The translations under genes were made by a program, and so were the position numbers. From contig NC_043001.1 in NCBI RefSeq assembly GCF_006345805.1, positions 4,836,001 through 4,900,000 of the forward strand: 64,000 bases of DNA, given 5' to 3'. This DNA comes from Octopus sinensis (lineage: Eukaryota). Below, piece by piece: positions 12,886-25,535 of this stretch (position 1 is the first letter of the stretch; the number at the start of each line of letters is the position of its first letter). The notes below the pieces were generated by a model, which was not told the DNA's origin, made no database searches, and was given only the letters and a program-made list of their open reading frames with translations.

Positions 12886-14042
12886 ATAAGATTTCGACTG
12901 AGAAGGGACATATATCAATGGAGTAAATCAAAAGACTAGAGCCAAATCTATAATTATATGATATTTTTAATGTTTTTAATGCTACAACTTCCTTGAAAGT
13001 ATAGTCACCTTAATTGAATAACTCCTTAAGGAAAAATTAAATCCCAGCCGACATGTGTCTAAGTAGCTCTATCTGGGTGTCCGTTTATGTAAGTGTGTAT
13101 GTGTGTGTGTGTTCGTATCAGCACATGTACATATGTATATTTATATATATGAAAATCATTATGCTATGAAACAGTAGAATTGAGATTTTGTAATAATTTA
13201 AGTAAGGGAGAATTGTAGGGGATTTTATTGACCTCTTACTTACGGATTTCTGTGAAGTACAAAATAGGGAACAGGGTTCCTGATATTTACTGCTGTCATT
13301 TTAGTGCGCATGGAATGTTTAGTGTTGAATCTTGGTAACTTGTGATCGCAAAGTGGTTTTCAGTACAGTATAAAATAATGGAATTGCAAATATTCTCCAC
13401 ATACCCTCAAGTACAATTCTTTACTACCACAATAGTATAATCGAGATATTTTTTTTACTAAAGTCTAAGGTAGGAGCGCTTAGTCATATAAAACACTATA
13501 TCTGAGTGGAGCGTAAGGTAGACGGCGAAGAGGAAAATTGAGATAAGAATAATTTTCTCAAATAATTTCACTTTTCCACATCAATTTATACTAAATTCAA
13601 ACATAAAAAAAAAACAAAAGGAAAGTAAATATTGTACAAGTTTAGACACAACCAATATAGGGAAGCAATCCTTAAAGGAAAAATTCTAGATAAAGAGATA
13701 AATGTAATTTATTGAAGTATTATCTTTGAAATCTATATTTGCCGAAGGATGTTCAAAGGTACCATAAACTGAATCAATAAGTTATATCTTAAATGCGCTT
13801 CAATTTAAAGAGTAGTTAACTCAAAGATCAAATATGAGATATCAGTTGGATAATTTCTTTGGATGGACAGTTTACATGTCAAACACATGTTAACGATTTC
13901 TAAGTCAATACACGTGTTTATCTAGTTTGCTAGCTATGTAGTTCTTTGTATCTGTCTCTCTCTCTCTCTGACTTTATCTACTTAAGTGTGTATCTATCTA
14001 TCCATCCACCTCACAATGTCTGTCTGTTTGTTCCTGTGTGTG

Positions 14043-14080
<38 letters not shown>

Positions 14081-15024
14081 CTAAGATATAGGTATCGATA
14101 TCGATATATACATAGACATGCGGATTACACAAGAGAAGGTTATATGCATAGATGTAAAAAGCGCATTATGTGTTGCAGCAATTAACTCTATGCGACAGTC
14201 AGTATTATTATTGCAGAAAATTATGCAAAGAGATGTAGCAATTGCTAAAATGGATAGTATGGAAGCAATTCCTGGAATATATACTTTGAAATGAATTTCG
14301 ATATCCTATTTATTTCTTAAAATGCGATATGCATTTTTCTTTTTCACCTGACAGGAAGCAAGTATAGAACGGTTGAAGAGATGCGGATGAGGGCTAATGA
14401 AAAACATGCAATAAGATAAAATAAAACAATCGAAGGAAGAAGCAGAGTTTCAGAGATTACTTTGTTTTGTTCCCAAGAGTTTATTAGTTGTAAGTGACGC
14501 TGACTGCTCGATCTCCAATAGGTAAATGCCTTCTTAGTTGTAGGACGTAATATGTAATTTGCATACGGCATATTATGAAGTCCCATACAGGCCGACGTCA
14601 AATATTTGTAAAAATCATAACATTTTTTAGGAAGGGAACTTTTTATTTTATAACGCAAATCATAGAAAACAACTCATTCAAACATCACGCAAAAGATATG
14701 TTAGTTGTTGTAGTAAATATACTAATGAAATGTTAGCTGTGATTCCTGTTTCAAATCTATATCACTATTTCGGATCAAATTATAAATGGCAAATGAAATA
14801 TGTAATATCATTTAGCTCAAGAGTTTAGCTTAAAACAACAGATATCGGAAACTGATAATATAATGGAAGAAATCTATTCTAACAGGTATGAGACATGTCA
14901 GCCTTTAACTGAAATAATAATTATTATACCTGCATGGAGAACGAAACATAAGGAAATATGTAAGCACAGCGATGTAGAAGTTGTTTAGCATACGATTTGG
15001 ATTTATTTTGCCAATAAAATTGCA

Positions 15025-15190
15025 GATATGGTATGCTGTAAGATGTTTGCATCCCTAACGCAGCCCCTCTGCTTCCAGGCTTAGCCCCACAGCGTGGCAC
15101 GTTGAGCATGTGTTTTCTACTATAGCCCATATAATATAGACCGGTTGAAGAGAAACGCATGAGGGCTAATGAAAAACACTTAACCAAAGC
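15025..15190 (+). mobile_element. Diverged SINE family C 5' part
   Basis: ccccacagcgtggcacgttgagcatgtgttttctactatagccc matches the head of 37196-37600. Confidence 0.55.
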
Positions 15191-15304
15191 CACTTGAGTG
15201 GATGTGAGAGAGAAAAGAGAAACAATCATATCATATTCCACCACACATACACACAAACATTTTGAAAGAGTAAATAAAGCATCAATCTATTCAATGTAAT
15301 CGCC

Positions 15305-15900
15305 ATTGCCTTCAGCCACGTTTTCCAGACAACTTATGTATGTTCTCCTTGCCTAAGTTGTTGAATGGTGCCATAATCCTTGCCTTCAGTTTTTCTCTGG
15401 TGTTATAAGAAGTATTGTTGGTCTCTCGTTCAACTGCGCCCCACACGTAATAATCAGGGAGATTGTAGTCTGGGGAGAGAAGCGGCAAGGTTTTAGTGAT
15501 GGTGTGGTTGCAGAAATTATCTGACACCCATGAATAGGTTCTCCAGCTTGTGCGGAATGGTGGTGAATCCTGTTGCCTGACATAGGGTCTTCCAGCAGTC
15601 ACCTTCTTGACCCAGAGCATTACTACCTCTTTCAGGCACTTGATGTAGGCCGCTGTGTTGAGTCTGTGGTTGTGTGGGAAGATGAATGGTGGCATAACGT
15701 GGCCATCATTAGTGATCACTCCAAACATCATGTCCTCAGATTGCATTGCCTTCAGATTAACACTCGAACACTGAAATATTCGCATTGGAGCTTCCAGCGC
15801 GAACGTGAAGCAGTACTGCGTGTCGTTTCCATGTGCCAAGGTGAATTGCGTCGTGGGGCCCTCTTTTCTCACAGACGGTGTTCAACTGACTCTACAATAC
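15305..15900 (-). mobile_element. Tc1/mariner DD37D (maT-like) transposase remnant
   Basis: ORF 15312-15872: FGVITNDGHVMPPFIFP..QQD-x37-D (SPDYNLPDYYVW); I count 37 residues between the last two Asp. First Asp region and TIRs not recognisable. Confidence 0.85.
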
Positions 15901-16039
15901 TGTGTAATTAAAATCAAAAACACTCATTGCTCAAAATTAAAAATATAAGATGGCAACAATTTACACATCGCTCCCTCTGCCTCTCGCTGTTTCTCTCTCT
16001 CTCTCTATTTCATATATATATATATATATATATCACGAG

Positions 16040-16250
16040 GCTCAAATTGTGACGGCGTGTACATCGTTGTTTATTTTTTCCTCCGTCTTCCCTTCCTTTG
16101 ATCTTTCCTTTTTCTACGTTTCTGACGAAGAGCTCCGCTCGAAACGTTAAATCTTGTTTTTCTTTCCTTTCCTGAACCTCCAATAATACTATATCTGTTC
16201 CACGTCCTCGCGTTGTTGAGTTTTCTCTTGTTGTTTTCATGTTTGGATTA
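16040..16250 (+). mobile_element. PLE pLTR-like solo repeat with minimal hammerhead-like core (16116-16153)
   Basis: gttt-CTGACGA-a-gagc-tcc-gctc-GAAA-cgtt-aaat: perfect 4-bp stem II, palindromic ACGT stem III. Followed by (TA)n. Confidence 0.55.
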
Positions 16251-16261
16251 ACTTTATATAT

Positions 16262-16310
<49 letters not shown>

Positions 16311-16469
16311 GGCTTTAATTGATAACCAGTTGACCTATCATGCGGCGCATCATATCAGTAGTGGGAGCCGGGACACATTGATTCCATCACGAGGTAGGCC
16401 CCGAAACGACGCGCATTCTATCCTGATGACCACATGTGCAAGTTGTTTGCAAAACATACATGACCGTAA

Positions 16470-16720
16470 CTTTGGGTCTATTTTCTTCCCCTACCACAGC
16501 TTTGACAAATGTTTGCGCGTTTACGTCCCTATACCTTAGGAGAATACCCAGAGAGTTTGAATGAATAAATATCCGGTTTAAAAAAGATAAAGTACTGGGG
16601 TTCGATTTTCTGGAGTAAAAGTTTTCCAGCTGGCTCCCCAACATGACCTTAATCTAGTTATGGATCAAAGGAATCGATTAAATATGCATTTGCGGCGAAA
16701 AGGACAACGTAAAACTATAG
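16470..16720 (-). mobile_element. Diverged SINE family C 3' part
   Basis: Minus strand gggacgtaaacgcgcaaacatttgtcaaagctgtggtaggg resembles the family C tail. Confidence 0.45.
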
Positions 16721-16799
16721 TTTTTCAAACACATAATTTCAGCAGTAAATATTTTCTGCATCATCACAATAACTTTTTCATATAAGGTGGTGCGCTATC

Positions 16800-16990
16800 A
16801 GAAATTTTAGCTCGAAACACTCAGGCGAAATGCTTACCAGTGTTTCCTCTATATTTACGTTCTGAGTTACAATTCCGCCGAGGTAGACTATTACTTTTAT
16901 CCTTTCGCGGTCGATAAATTAAGCACCAGTTCCGTACTGCGGTCGATCTATTTGACTGGCCCCCTTCCTCAAAATGTGCCTAGTGTAGAA
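16800..16990 (+). mobile_element. Diverged SINE family D
   Basis: ggcgaaatgcttacc..ttccgccgaggtagact..cctttcgcggtcgataaattaagcaccag, homologous to 43022-43255. Confidence 0.7.
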
Positions 16991-18219
16991 CAGAATAGCG
17001 TTTAAATTTATCGAAAGTTGATGTATAAATTCAGTCTAAATATCTGATTATAGCCAAGTTGCTGCAGCCTTAGATTTCAACTAGATTAACGGGCAAACTT
17101 TCTACATAGATAGCATTGAAATGAGCTTAGGTCTGTTGATATATATAACATGTACATTTCTGCAGTATATATAAACTAACGCAATCCACACTAAAGCAAT
17201 ATACACATGGAAATAAAACTATTGGACAAACACATTACAATACATTGCAACTTGCGTTGGTAATCCCGCACGAAAATTGCATTAGATAGTTTATTCAAAA
17301 TACCTAAGGCAGCAACTGCCTAGGAATAATCTTAGAACATTTGTAGAAATATGAGAGAGATAACTGAGAAACCTTGAAACAGGGAAAACTGTTTCAGATT
17401 CGGGGATATATTGTACAATATATTATATGTTGGAAAAGCTGTTTGGCATAAGGATTTAATGGATTACATATTAATATCCTGAATACGAGCTCAACGTTTC
17501 TCCCTACTTCATCTAATGCAAACCTTATATATATATATATATATACATATAAAGATGGAGGTGGAAATAGCACGGGAGTAAATCTAAGACATTTCCATTC
17601 AAGAACGAATTTAATAAAATTGACTTCAAAACTCATATAAAGAAAATGCTACCAGTTTCGATGATGAATCTTATCTGATCAAATATCAGTAAAAAAATTA
17701 TAGAAATTTGAAGTAAAAATTCTTTAATCTTCTGTCTGGGGTCAAAAATAGTTCTGGTTATCCTTCATTGAAGTCTTCTTTATATATTGTCCGGTATAGA
17801 GTAGAAAGTGTTAGAGTGTAAGAGAAGGGATGTAGTCTATTGCCAAAAAGAAATCTTTGCAGTTTAGTTGTAAGGGAGTGGCTAAAAAGTATTTATTGCA
17901 TGGATTTTATGTCTACCTCTGTGTGTGTATGTGTGTATTTGTACCGTTTCATTATGTTGAGAATAAGACCAGTTGTGTGTTGCTGGGTGTGTATGCTGTG
18001 ATGAATGAATTGGAGTCACAATAAGGATGTTTCCTTTGGGTTACATGTATTGTTATGAGTGTCTCCACCTCTGTGCATGTGTGTGGTAACGGGCATGTGT
18101 TTGCGTGTGCGTGAGAGAGTCTCTGCCTGTTAGAGTGTATGTGCGTGTGTGGTTTTGTATGTGTTTTGCGACGTTTTTCTTTTTTGCGTATGCATGACTT
18201 ATGTGAATACGTGAAGGCG

Positions 18220-18252
<33 letters not shown>

Positions 18253-18255
<3 letters not shown>

Positions 18256-18566
18256 TTTATTCTTGTATTTCAGTAATTTGACTGCGGCCAAGCTGAAGCA
18301 CCACCTTTTAGTCGAACAAATCGCCCCAGAACTTATTTGTAAGCTTAATATTAATTCTATAAGACTGTTTACAAACCGCTAAGTTACGGGGATGTAAACA
18401 CACCAGCAACGGTTTCAAGCAATGGTGTGGTGAGAAACACAGATACACAAATACACGCACACTTACATGTATATAATATATACGACGGGCTTCTTTGAGT
18501 TTCCGTCCACCAAATTCACTCACGAAGATTTGGTCGTCCCGAGGCTATAGTAGAAGACTTGCTCAA
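18253..18566 (-). mobile_element. SINE family C, 5'-truncated
   Basis: Matches the reverse complement of 37280-37590 (ccgctaagttacggggatgtaaacacacc; gggcttctttgagtttccgtc). Confidence 0.85.
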
Positions 18567-18570
18567 TATA

Positions 18571-18638
<68 letters not shown>

Positions 18639-18772
18639 ATATATAATATATATATATATAGAAATTCGGGGTGAGTACTTGATAATTATAAGCACCTGTG
18701 TATACCGTTTGGTGGTGTAGGTGGTGGAGTAAATTGATCAAAATAAAATAAAAACATGATGCGAAGGATTCA

Positions 18773-18850
18773 GCGGTACATATGTTTCGGGCCTTTATTA
18801 GAGAGATTTATAACAATGCATAATGTATGTCTGTGGCCTTCTTCAGCCGC
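18773..18850 (-). ncRNA. Type-I hammerhead ribozyme (left arm, minus strand)
   Basis: gcgg-CTGAAGA-aggcc..ggccc-GAAA-cat-atg-TA-ccgc. GUA cleavage triplet; palindromic stem III ACATATGT. Confidence 0.75.
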
Positions 18851-18917
18851 GCACAACATCTTCCACAAGGACATGTGTTACATCATGTAACACATGTCCT
18901 TGTGGAAGCTGTTGTGC

Positions 18918-18995
18918 GCGGCTGAAGAAGGCCACAGACATACATTATGCATTGTTATAAATCTGTCTAATAAAGGCCCGAAACATATGTACCGC
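18918..18995 (+). ncRNA. Type-I hammerhead ribozyme (right arm, plus strand)
   Basis: gcgg(18918-21) CTGAAGA(18922-28) aggcc..ggccc GAAA(18980-83) catatgT A(18991) ccgc. Predicted cleavage after 18991. Confidence 0.75.
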
Positions 18996-19036
18996 TGAAT
19001 CCTTCGCATCATGTTTTATTTTATTTTGATCAAATT

Positions 19037-19087
<51 letters not shown>

Positions 19088-19893
19088 TATATATAATATA
19101 TATATATATATGTATGTATGTATATATATAATGTTCACGTTACCTTTGTGAATAACTGGTAACACATTGGTGATCCTCTATTACATATATTTCCTGTATT
19201 TCCCTACAGTAGGCTAGCACTAAAGTTACAGACCAGATTTTAAAATAAGCAATAGATATTCATAATGTTATCTTCAGTTTGATGTTATTCTCTATCTATA
19301 TCGTTATGTTGTTTTTTCGAAACGATAAATAGTTTTGCCCAGTTTAGAAAATAAACAAACTCAATCAGGAATTCAGTCATGCATACAACATTTACTATAA
19401 AATTAAAATAGACTAATAAACTGTCAAATCTCTCAGAAAAGCAATTTTCATATGATTACAGTTTCTAGGAGACTCATTTTCATTATTTACCTTACATTTC
19501 CATTCTTGAATGCTGCCATCTTAGGTTATATATTTAATAATGAGATACGAAAAATGAAGACAAATAAAAATCAAATACCGTTAGTAAGTTTACTTGCGTG
19601 TATAAAATTTTCACTGCCATTCTATGTTTTCGCTCGGGAAGTCGTGAATTTGGTTTGCATTTTGAAGTCTCTGACGCACAAACATTTCTTTTCAATATTG
19701 ATCCATTATTTTGCCGTATTTTTCTCTTTCTTCAGGGTCAACTATGAAATTGGAATTGTGCATATTAGCTCATCTTTAATGTTTTATTAACCCCTTTAGA
19801 ATGTAGTATCGAAAACCAATTTGATTTGTTTTATTGTCTTCCATACCTATCTATCTACCTACCTACCTATCTATCTATCTTTTTTCTCCCTAT

Positions 19894-19948
<55 letters not shown>

Positions 19949-20007
19949 ATATTTGTATGTATATATACACATACATAAATATATATGTGCGTACGGGTAT
20001 ATATATG

Positions 20008-20067
<60 letters not shown>

Positions 20068-20733
20068 CTACATAAACAATTGTGAATCTATTCATATGCA
20101 GTTTTTTTTTCGCAATTTCGGTTGACTCTTCTAATCCTTACCGACAAAATATGTCTTGCACACCATAATAATTTGCTTAAAGCACTGTTATTTACATAAT
20201 CATGCCTTCAGGATAAATGGTAATTCATAACTAACTGTTCTTCGTATCTTGTTTGAAAATTCATAGGAGGAGGCCTAAACGGTTCCAGAACATTTTTTCT
20301 CTGTAATCCTTTTATTTTCCAATATCTTTTTGTTTTTATATATTCTTTTTGCTGTGAAATCGTTCTATCTTATTGAATTAGTAAACTGAAGAACCGCAAC
20401 AGCGGTAAAGAGTTTTGTAAACTATAACTTGGTTTATTTCACCTTTATGCTAATTTTAAATTACTTTATGTTAAAATGAATTTGATTTACTCATTTAGGA
20501 GACGAAGATACATTTACGGCGTGTGGGGGATATTGTCCATCCATATGCGATCGATTAAGGAATGCCATGCTCTAACACATTTCGACTGCAATCCCACTGT
20601 ACGCCAATCTCAACTCTTCACTTCTAATGTAAATGTTGATTAGCCTATGTCCCAGCAGTGAACATGGTAGACTAGCGTTCGCCGAAATACTTCGTACAAT
20701 CTCTCTTTGTATGTATGTATATGTATACATACA

Positions 20734-20785
<52 letters not shown>

Positions 20786-20805
20786 ATATATATATAATTA
20801 TATAT

Positions 20806-20840
<35 letters not shown>

Positions 20841-20841
<1 letters not shown>

Positions 20842-21529
20842 AGTTTAACAATTAAGGATAATCTCTTAATAAGGGATCTTAACAAGAATTATCGGGTAGC
20901 TAGCGTGAAAACCTCATAAAAGAAAAGAATTCGAAAATAATTTTTTTCTTTTGAACAAATTAATTATATCTATATTGTATAGAGGGCATTATTACACATA
21001 AATGCCTCACACTAGGAGGGACAAAGTCATTACTACCAAAATTATACTAATCATACCCAAATGCAGTTTTTCAAAGCAAGACATTTAAAAAATGAATTTA
21101 GTTCTGTATCACCGTGATTTCACATTCAACTTACGTCTAATGATCGTCAGCAGAACTGATTCTGAACACATCATAAATAAACTACCAACCTTACGTAGCG
21201 AAGACGAACAGACAACTGCTCACTCCGGCCAAGCACATGGAATGTTTATAAATCATATATCCGGTAAATGGCGGGCTTTTTACGAACTGCATGTCGGTAA
21301 TGAAAAGTATTTCGGAATAAGTTTAACAATTAAGGATAATCTCTTAATAAGGGATCTTAACAAGAATTATCGGGTAGCTAGCGTGAAAACCTCATAAAAG
21401 AAAAGAATTCGAAAATAATTTTTTTCTTTTGAACAAATTAATTATATCTATATTGTATAGAGGGCATTATTACACATAAATGCCTCACACTAGGAGGGAC
21501 AAAGTCATTACTACCAAAATTATACTAAT
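20841..21529 (-). mobile_element. Non-coding 1.44-copy tandem unit (478-bp period) containing a hammerhead; retrozyme- or pLTR-like
   Basis: A ~211-bp near-identical direct repeat lies at 20841-21052 and 21319-21529. The hammerhead sits in the unique spacer; the left flank is (TA)n. Confidence 0.7.
21100..21157 (-). ncRNA. Minimal type-I hammerhead ribozyme
   Basis: agttctg-CTGACGA-t-catt-a-gac-GTAA-gtt-g-aatg-t-GAAA-tcac-g-gtga-TA-cagaact. 7-bp stem I, GNRA-capped stem II, 5-bp stem III with 1-nt loop, AUA cleavage between 21107 and 21106. Confidence 0.82.
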
Positions 21530-21777
21530 TATACAAAATTATATATATATAATTCATATAGGATAAAATTTTTTTCCTGAAAAAATGTTATCAATGGCCA
21601 GCATATCAAAGAATGCCTTTAAAGGTAAAATTTATACATAGTTCGAATGACACGTGTCTCGAGGTGCGCCGAAGATTTTTCTATTTGGATATATTTGGGA
21701 GACTGAAGTCTGCTCGGGACTTGGTGCTTGCTTCTTCCGTGGGTATGAATAAGTATTTCATTTATATCTCGCGTATG

Positions 21778-21836
21778 TGTCGCTGAAGAGGGGAAAACGT
21801 CTTGTGAATTAACCGCGAAATTGGACCAATACGGTA
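21778..21836 (+). ncRNA. Minimal type-I hammerhead ribozyme (second copy of the 35858 family)
   Basis: tgtcg-CTGAAGA-gggg..ccgc-GAAA-ttgg-a-ccaa-TA-cggta, with one stem II mismatch. The surrounding 21679-21856 matches 35755-35936. Confidence 0.72.
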
Positions 21837-21857
21837 ATAATGAATTCTTTAGAGATG

Positions 21858-22125
<268 letters not shown>

Positions 22126-22559
22126 AGGAGAGACAGGGATACATACTCAGACACACACGCACACATACACGTGTGTGTTTTGGGATTGCTTGACGACCGC
22201 GTTTGTCGTCTTTTCATCCCCTTAATGCAGCCAATCGGAAGGTGCCGTACAGAGTATTAACAAACTAATAACGCACAAGGATTTCGTCGACTACAAACCT
22301 TCAATATTTTCTGCAGTAATATGTTTGAAGTAAACCGTGTTGATTCCTCTCAGAAAATATTGTATTTTTTCCGTCTTTAAGCTTTCCTTGCAATGCAATG
22401 TATTAAGAAATTAGGGTCACTTTTATCACTGTTCAAGACCCGATTGCCTCTTAGGATATAATGAAATATAGGTGATTGTTTGGGAATTGCAAGCATATTT
22501 TCTTGTTAAACTTTATTATGTAGTTATTCAAGATAGTTCTTAGGGGAACCCTCATTGCA

Positions 22560-23110
22560 TGTGCAATCATTCATTTCATCTGACAGTTGTTCTCAGGTTC
22601 TTGTATGGGTGTGGTCCATCCACTCCAGCGCTCTCTTCGGCGCCTTTCTTCATCGTGGGTGGGTGGTCTTTCCCTCTGAGACCTTGTGGAGCAGAATCTA
22701 CTAAGATCATGGTTGTCTACAAAGTTACTGACATCGCTGATTTTAAGGAGGAGGCACAGTTGCTTCGTGTTGATTTGACAAAACTATATCTCATTCTCAC
22801 AGATAATATCTATGCATTTTTCTACAGCAGCCTCTATGTCAAGAGATGGGTAGTGTGAAATTACAACGATACTACACACTATACGCGCTGGGAGGTCTTT
22901 GGAATGGTTGCAACTACAGATTTTACTAAGGAGATATTCCGTGATCACACAGACTTCCGAGGACATTTCATTAAGAGGTTGCAATATCTGTGAGATGAAA
23001 AACGATAGTCTATTATTCCTGGCGATATTCGCTCCGCAACATGGCTGGGTTAGGTGTGTCATAACAAGGTTCGCAGGATTGCTCACAAACAAAGAAAACA
23101 CGAACGATTA
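22560..23110 (-). mobile_element. Degraded Penelope-like reverse transcriptase fragment
   Basis: LSFFISQILQPL..TEYLLSKI..IVCSIVVISHYPSLDIEAAVEKCIDII resembles the PLE RT motif (S.DV.SLYPS.D). Confidence 0.65.
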
Positions 23111-23314
23111 TTGAAAACGTCGCAAGACGCAAAAAACAAAAAAAAAGGAAAAATAAGTAAGTTAAAGAATGGAAATTTGATTAGTGAGTGTGTTCAATTC
23201 ACAGGACACTAAAATAGAAAAACTCCTCCTAGACACAACAGATATACTTCAACGCACGAATTCACATAAAGAATCTTGCTAACAAAGAACAAAAACGAAA
23301 TATATATAAAAGTA

Positions 23315-23697
23315 GCGGGGTGGGTGCTCTGAATTTGTAGCTGCTAGACTGAGAATAGCTTGGACAAAGTTCAGAGAGATCCCACCTCTGCTGGTGACAA
23401 AGGGCCTCTCACTCAGTGTAAAAGGTGGACTGTAGGACGCTTGTGTACGAACATCCATGCTACATGGCAGTGAAACATGGGCTGTGACTGCTGAGGATAT
23501 GCGTAAGCTTGCAAGGAACGAAGCCAGTATGCTCCGCTGGATATGAAATGTCAGTGTGCATACTCGACAGAGTGTAAGTACCTTGAGAGAAAAGCAGGAC
23601 CTAAGACGCATCGGATGTGGTGTGCAAGAGAGACGACTGCGCTGGTATGGTCATGTGGTGAGAATGGATGAGGATAGCTGTGTGGAAAAGTGTCACA
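23315..23697 (+). mobile_element. RTE-clade LINE C-terminal fragment
   Basis: ARLRIAWTKFREIPPLL..CVRTSMLHGSETWAVT..EASMLRW..ERRLRWYGHVVRM, with in-frame stops. Confidence 0.88.
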
Positions 23698-23709
23698 GAC
23701 ACACACACA

Positions 23710-23843
<134 letters not shown>

Positions 23844-23975
23844 ATGTAAATACGTTATTTAACAACGGAAAGCGATGATGAATAACCTATGAATACTAGC
23901 GTGTAAATGTCATCTTGAAATGCGTTTTACACAGAATATATACCAAATGCACCACGCATGTATATAGAGGCGAGT

Positions 23976-24363
23976 GTGGAGGCGCAATGTCCCAGTGGTT
24001 ATGGCAGCGGACTCGCAGTCATAGGATCGCGGTTTCGATTCCCAGACCTGACGTTGTCAGTGTTTATTGAGTGAAAACACCTAAAAGCTCAACGAGGCTC
24101 CGGCAGAGTGGTGGTGGTGAACCCTGCTGTACTCTTTCACCACAACTTTCTCTCTTACTTCCTGTTTCTGTTGTACCTGTATTTCAAGGAGCCGGCCTTG
24201 TCACTCTCTGTGTCACGCTGAATATCCCCGAGAACTACGTTAAGAGTGCACGTGTCTGTGGAGTGCTCAGCCACTTACACGTTAAGTTCACGAGCAGGCT
24301 GTTCCGTTGATTCGGATCAACTGGAACCCTCATCGTCGTAACCGACGGAGTGCTAGGAAGAAT
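23976..24363 (+). mobile_element. Full-length tRNA-derived SINE family B with 15-bp TSD
   Basis: A-box-like cccagtggttatgg and B-box-like gtttcgattccc. TSD tatatagaggcgagt at 23961-23975 and 24364-24378. Confidence 0.92.
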
Positions 24364-25503
24364 TATATAGAGGCGAGTATATAGTTATGTGGCGAGGTAT
24401 GTACATGTGACATATTTCGTGAATGTATTTTAAAATGGTCTTGGCACTTGACATCCGATATAAGCTGGATCATTATTCATGCCTTTCACTTCAAACGTAA
24501 TACCTTTTATTTAATCATATATTCAAAAAAAATTTCTCTATCATTTCATGATGTGAAAGTGCACCTAAGCGGGAATTAGAATGTATTTTGTCAAATACAT
24601 TTGAAGAATATTTGCACAGTTGAATAATACTCTTATCAAACAAATTATTCTTTTTTCTTTATATAATCATTGCATTTTTATTTGTGGATAATATTGTTGA
24701 AACATTCAATATTCTGTAAATAACTTGTAATTAGGAATTATAATTAAAGAAAATATGAAAACAGAAAAAAAAAATAATGTCGCAGAGGAAACGCGGGGGA
24801 TAACAAGTGATTGAAAAATGTGGTGTATTTGGGTATGTATATATGTATTTATAAATATATGTTTGCATATATCTATATATAAACGTGCGTGTGTTTGTGC
24901 TTCTGTGTGTGTGTGTATGTGTGTGTGGTGTTCTATGACTGTAGAAATAAAATATAACTGTTATTACACCGTAGCTGAATAACATATAGAGTCAAGTAAT
25001 ACAGCCACAGATACCAAAAGGTTAATTTTAAAGATGTTACGTATCGATTATTCAGCAAGAGATGACTGTGAAGATAATAGTATTTTTTTTAAATGTGATA
25101 ATGAATCGAAAATGCAAACGTTGGGGTAGGTATCATCCATGTTTGCTTCTGATATATTAAAAAATTCTAGGAGCTGAGGTGATACTCTCTGTTCTACTAT
25201 AGACAGAAGGACTGACAGGTAGAACGATTTCATCGACCGCAGTGCTTAACTAGTCCTTTTATCATGACAGTAAATGGTCTCGGCGGAATTTATACTCAAA
25301 GCTTAAGGATGGAAAAAATGCTACCAAGAATTTGATTTGGTATACTTACAATTCTGGCAGCGAATCGCGTATGGAAAAAATATGGACAAAAATATATATT
25401 CCAAAACATGTTTGTGTGTCCCACAGTCGAAAAGCAGTCTTTCTGTGCATGATAATATATGAAAAGAAATAAAAAGTTCCAGTGCCGCTTGATATATATA
25501 AGT

Positions 25504-25535
<32 letters not shown>

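Larger units (their letters stand above)
18734..19033. repeat. Near-perfect fold-back palindrome, ~150-bp arms and 1-nt centre (18884)
   Basis: The arms differ by about 2 substitutions and 1 indel. Confidence 0.95.

Noticed and set aside
16385-16435. GAAAC..CTGATGA in type-II hammerhead order
   Set aside because: No NUH with a valid stem III and no convincing stem I.
23978-24050. tRNA genes at SINE heads
   Set aside because: A and B boxes are present but there is no full cloverleaf, and each continues into a SINE body.
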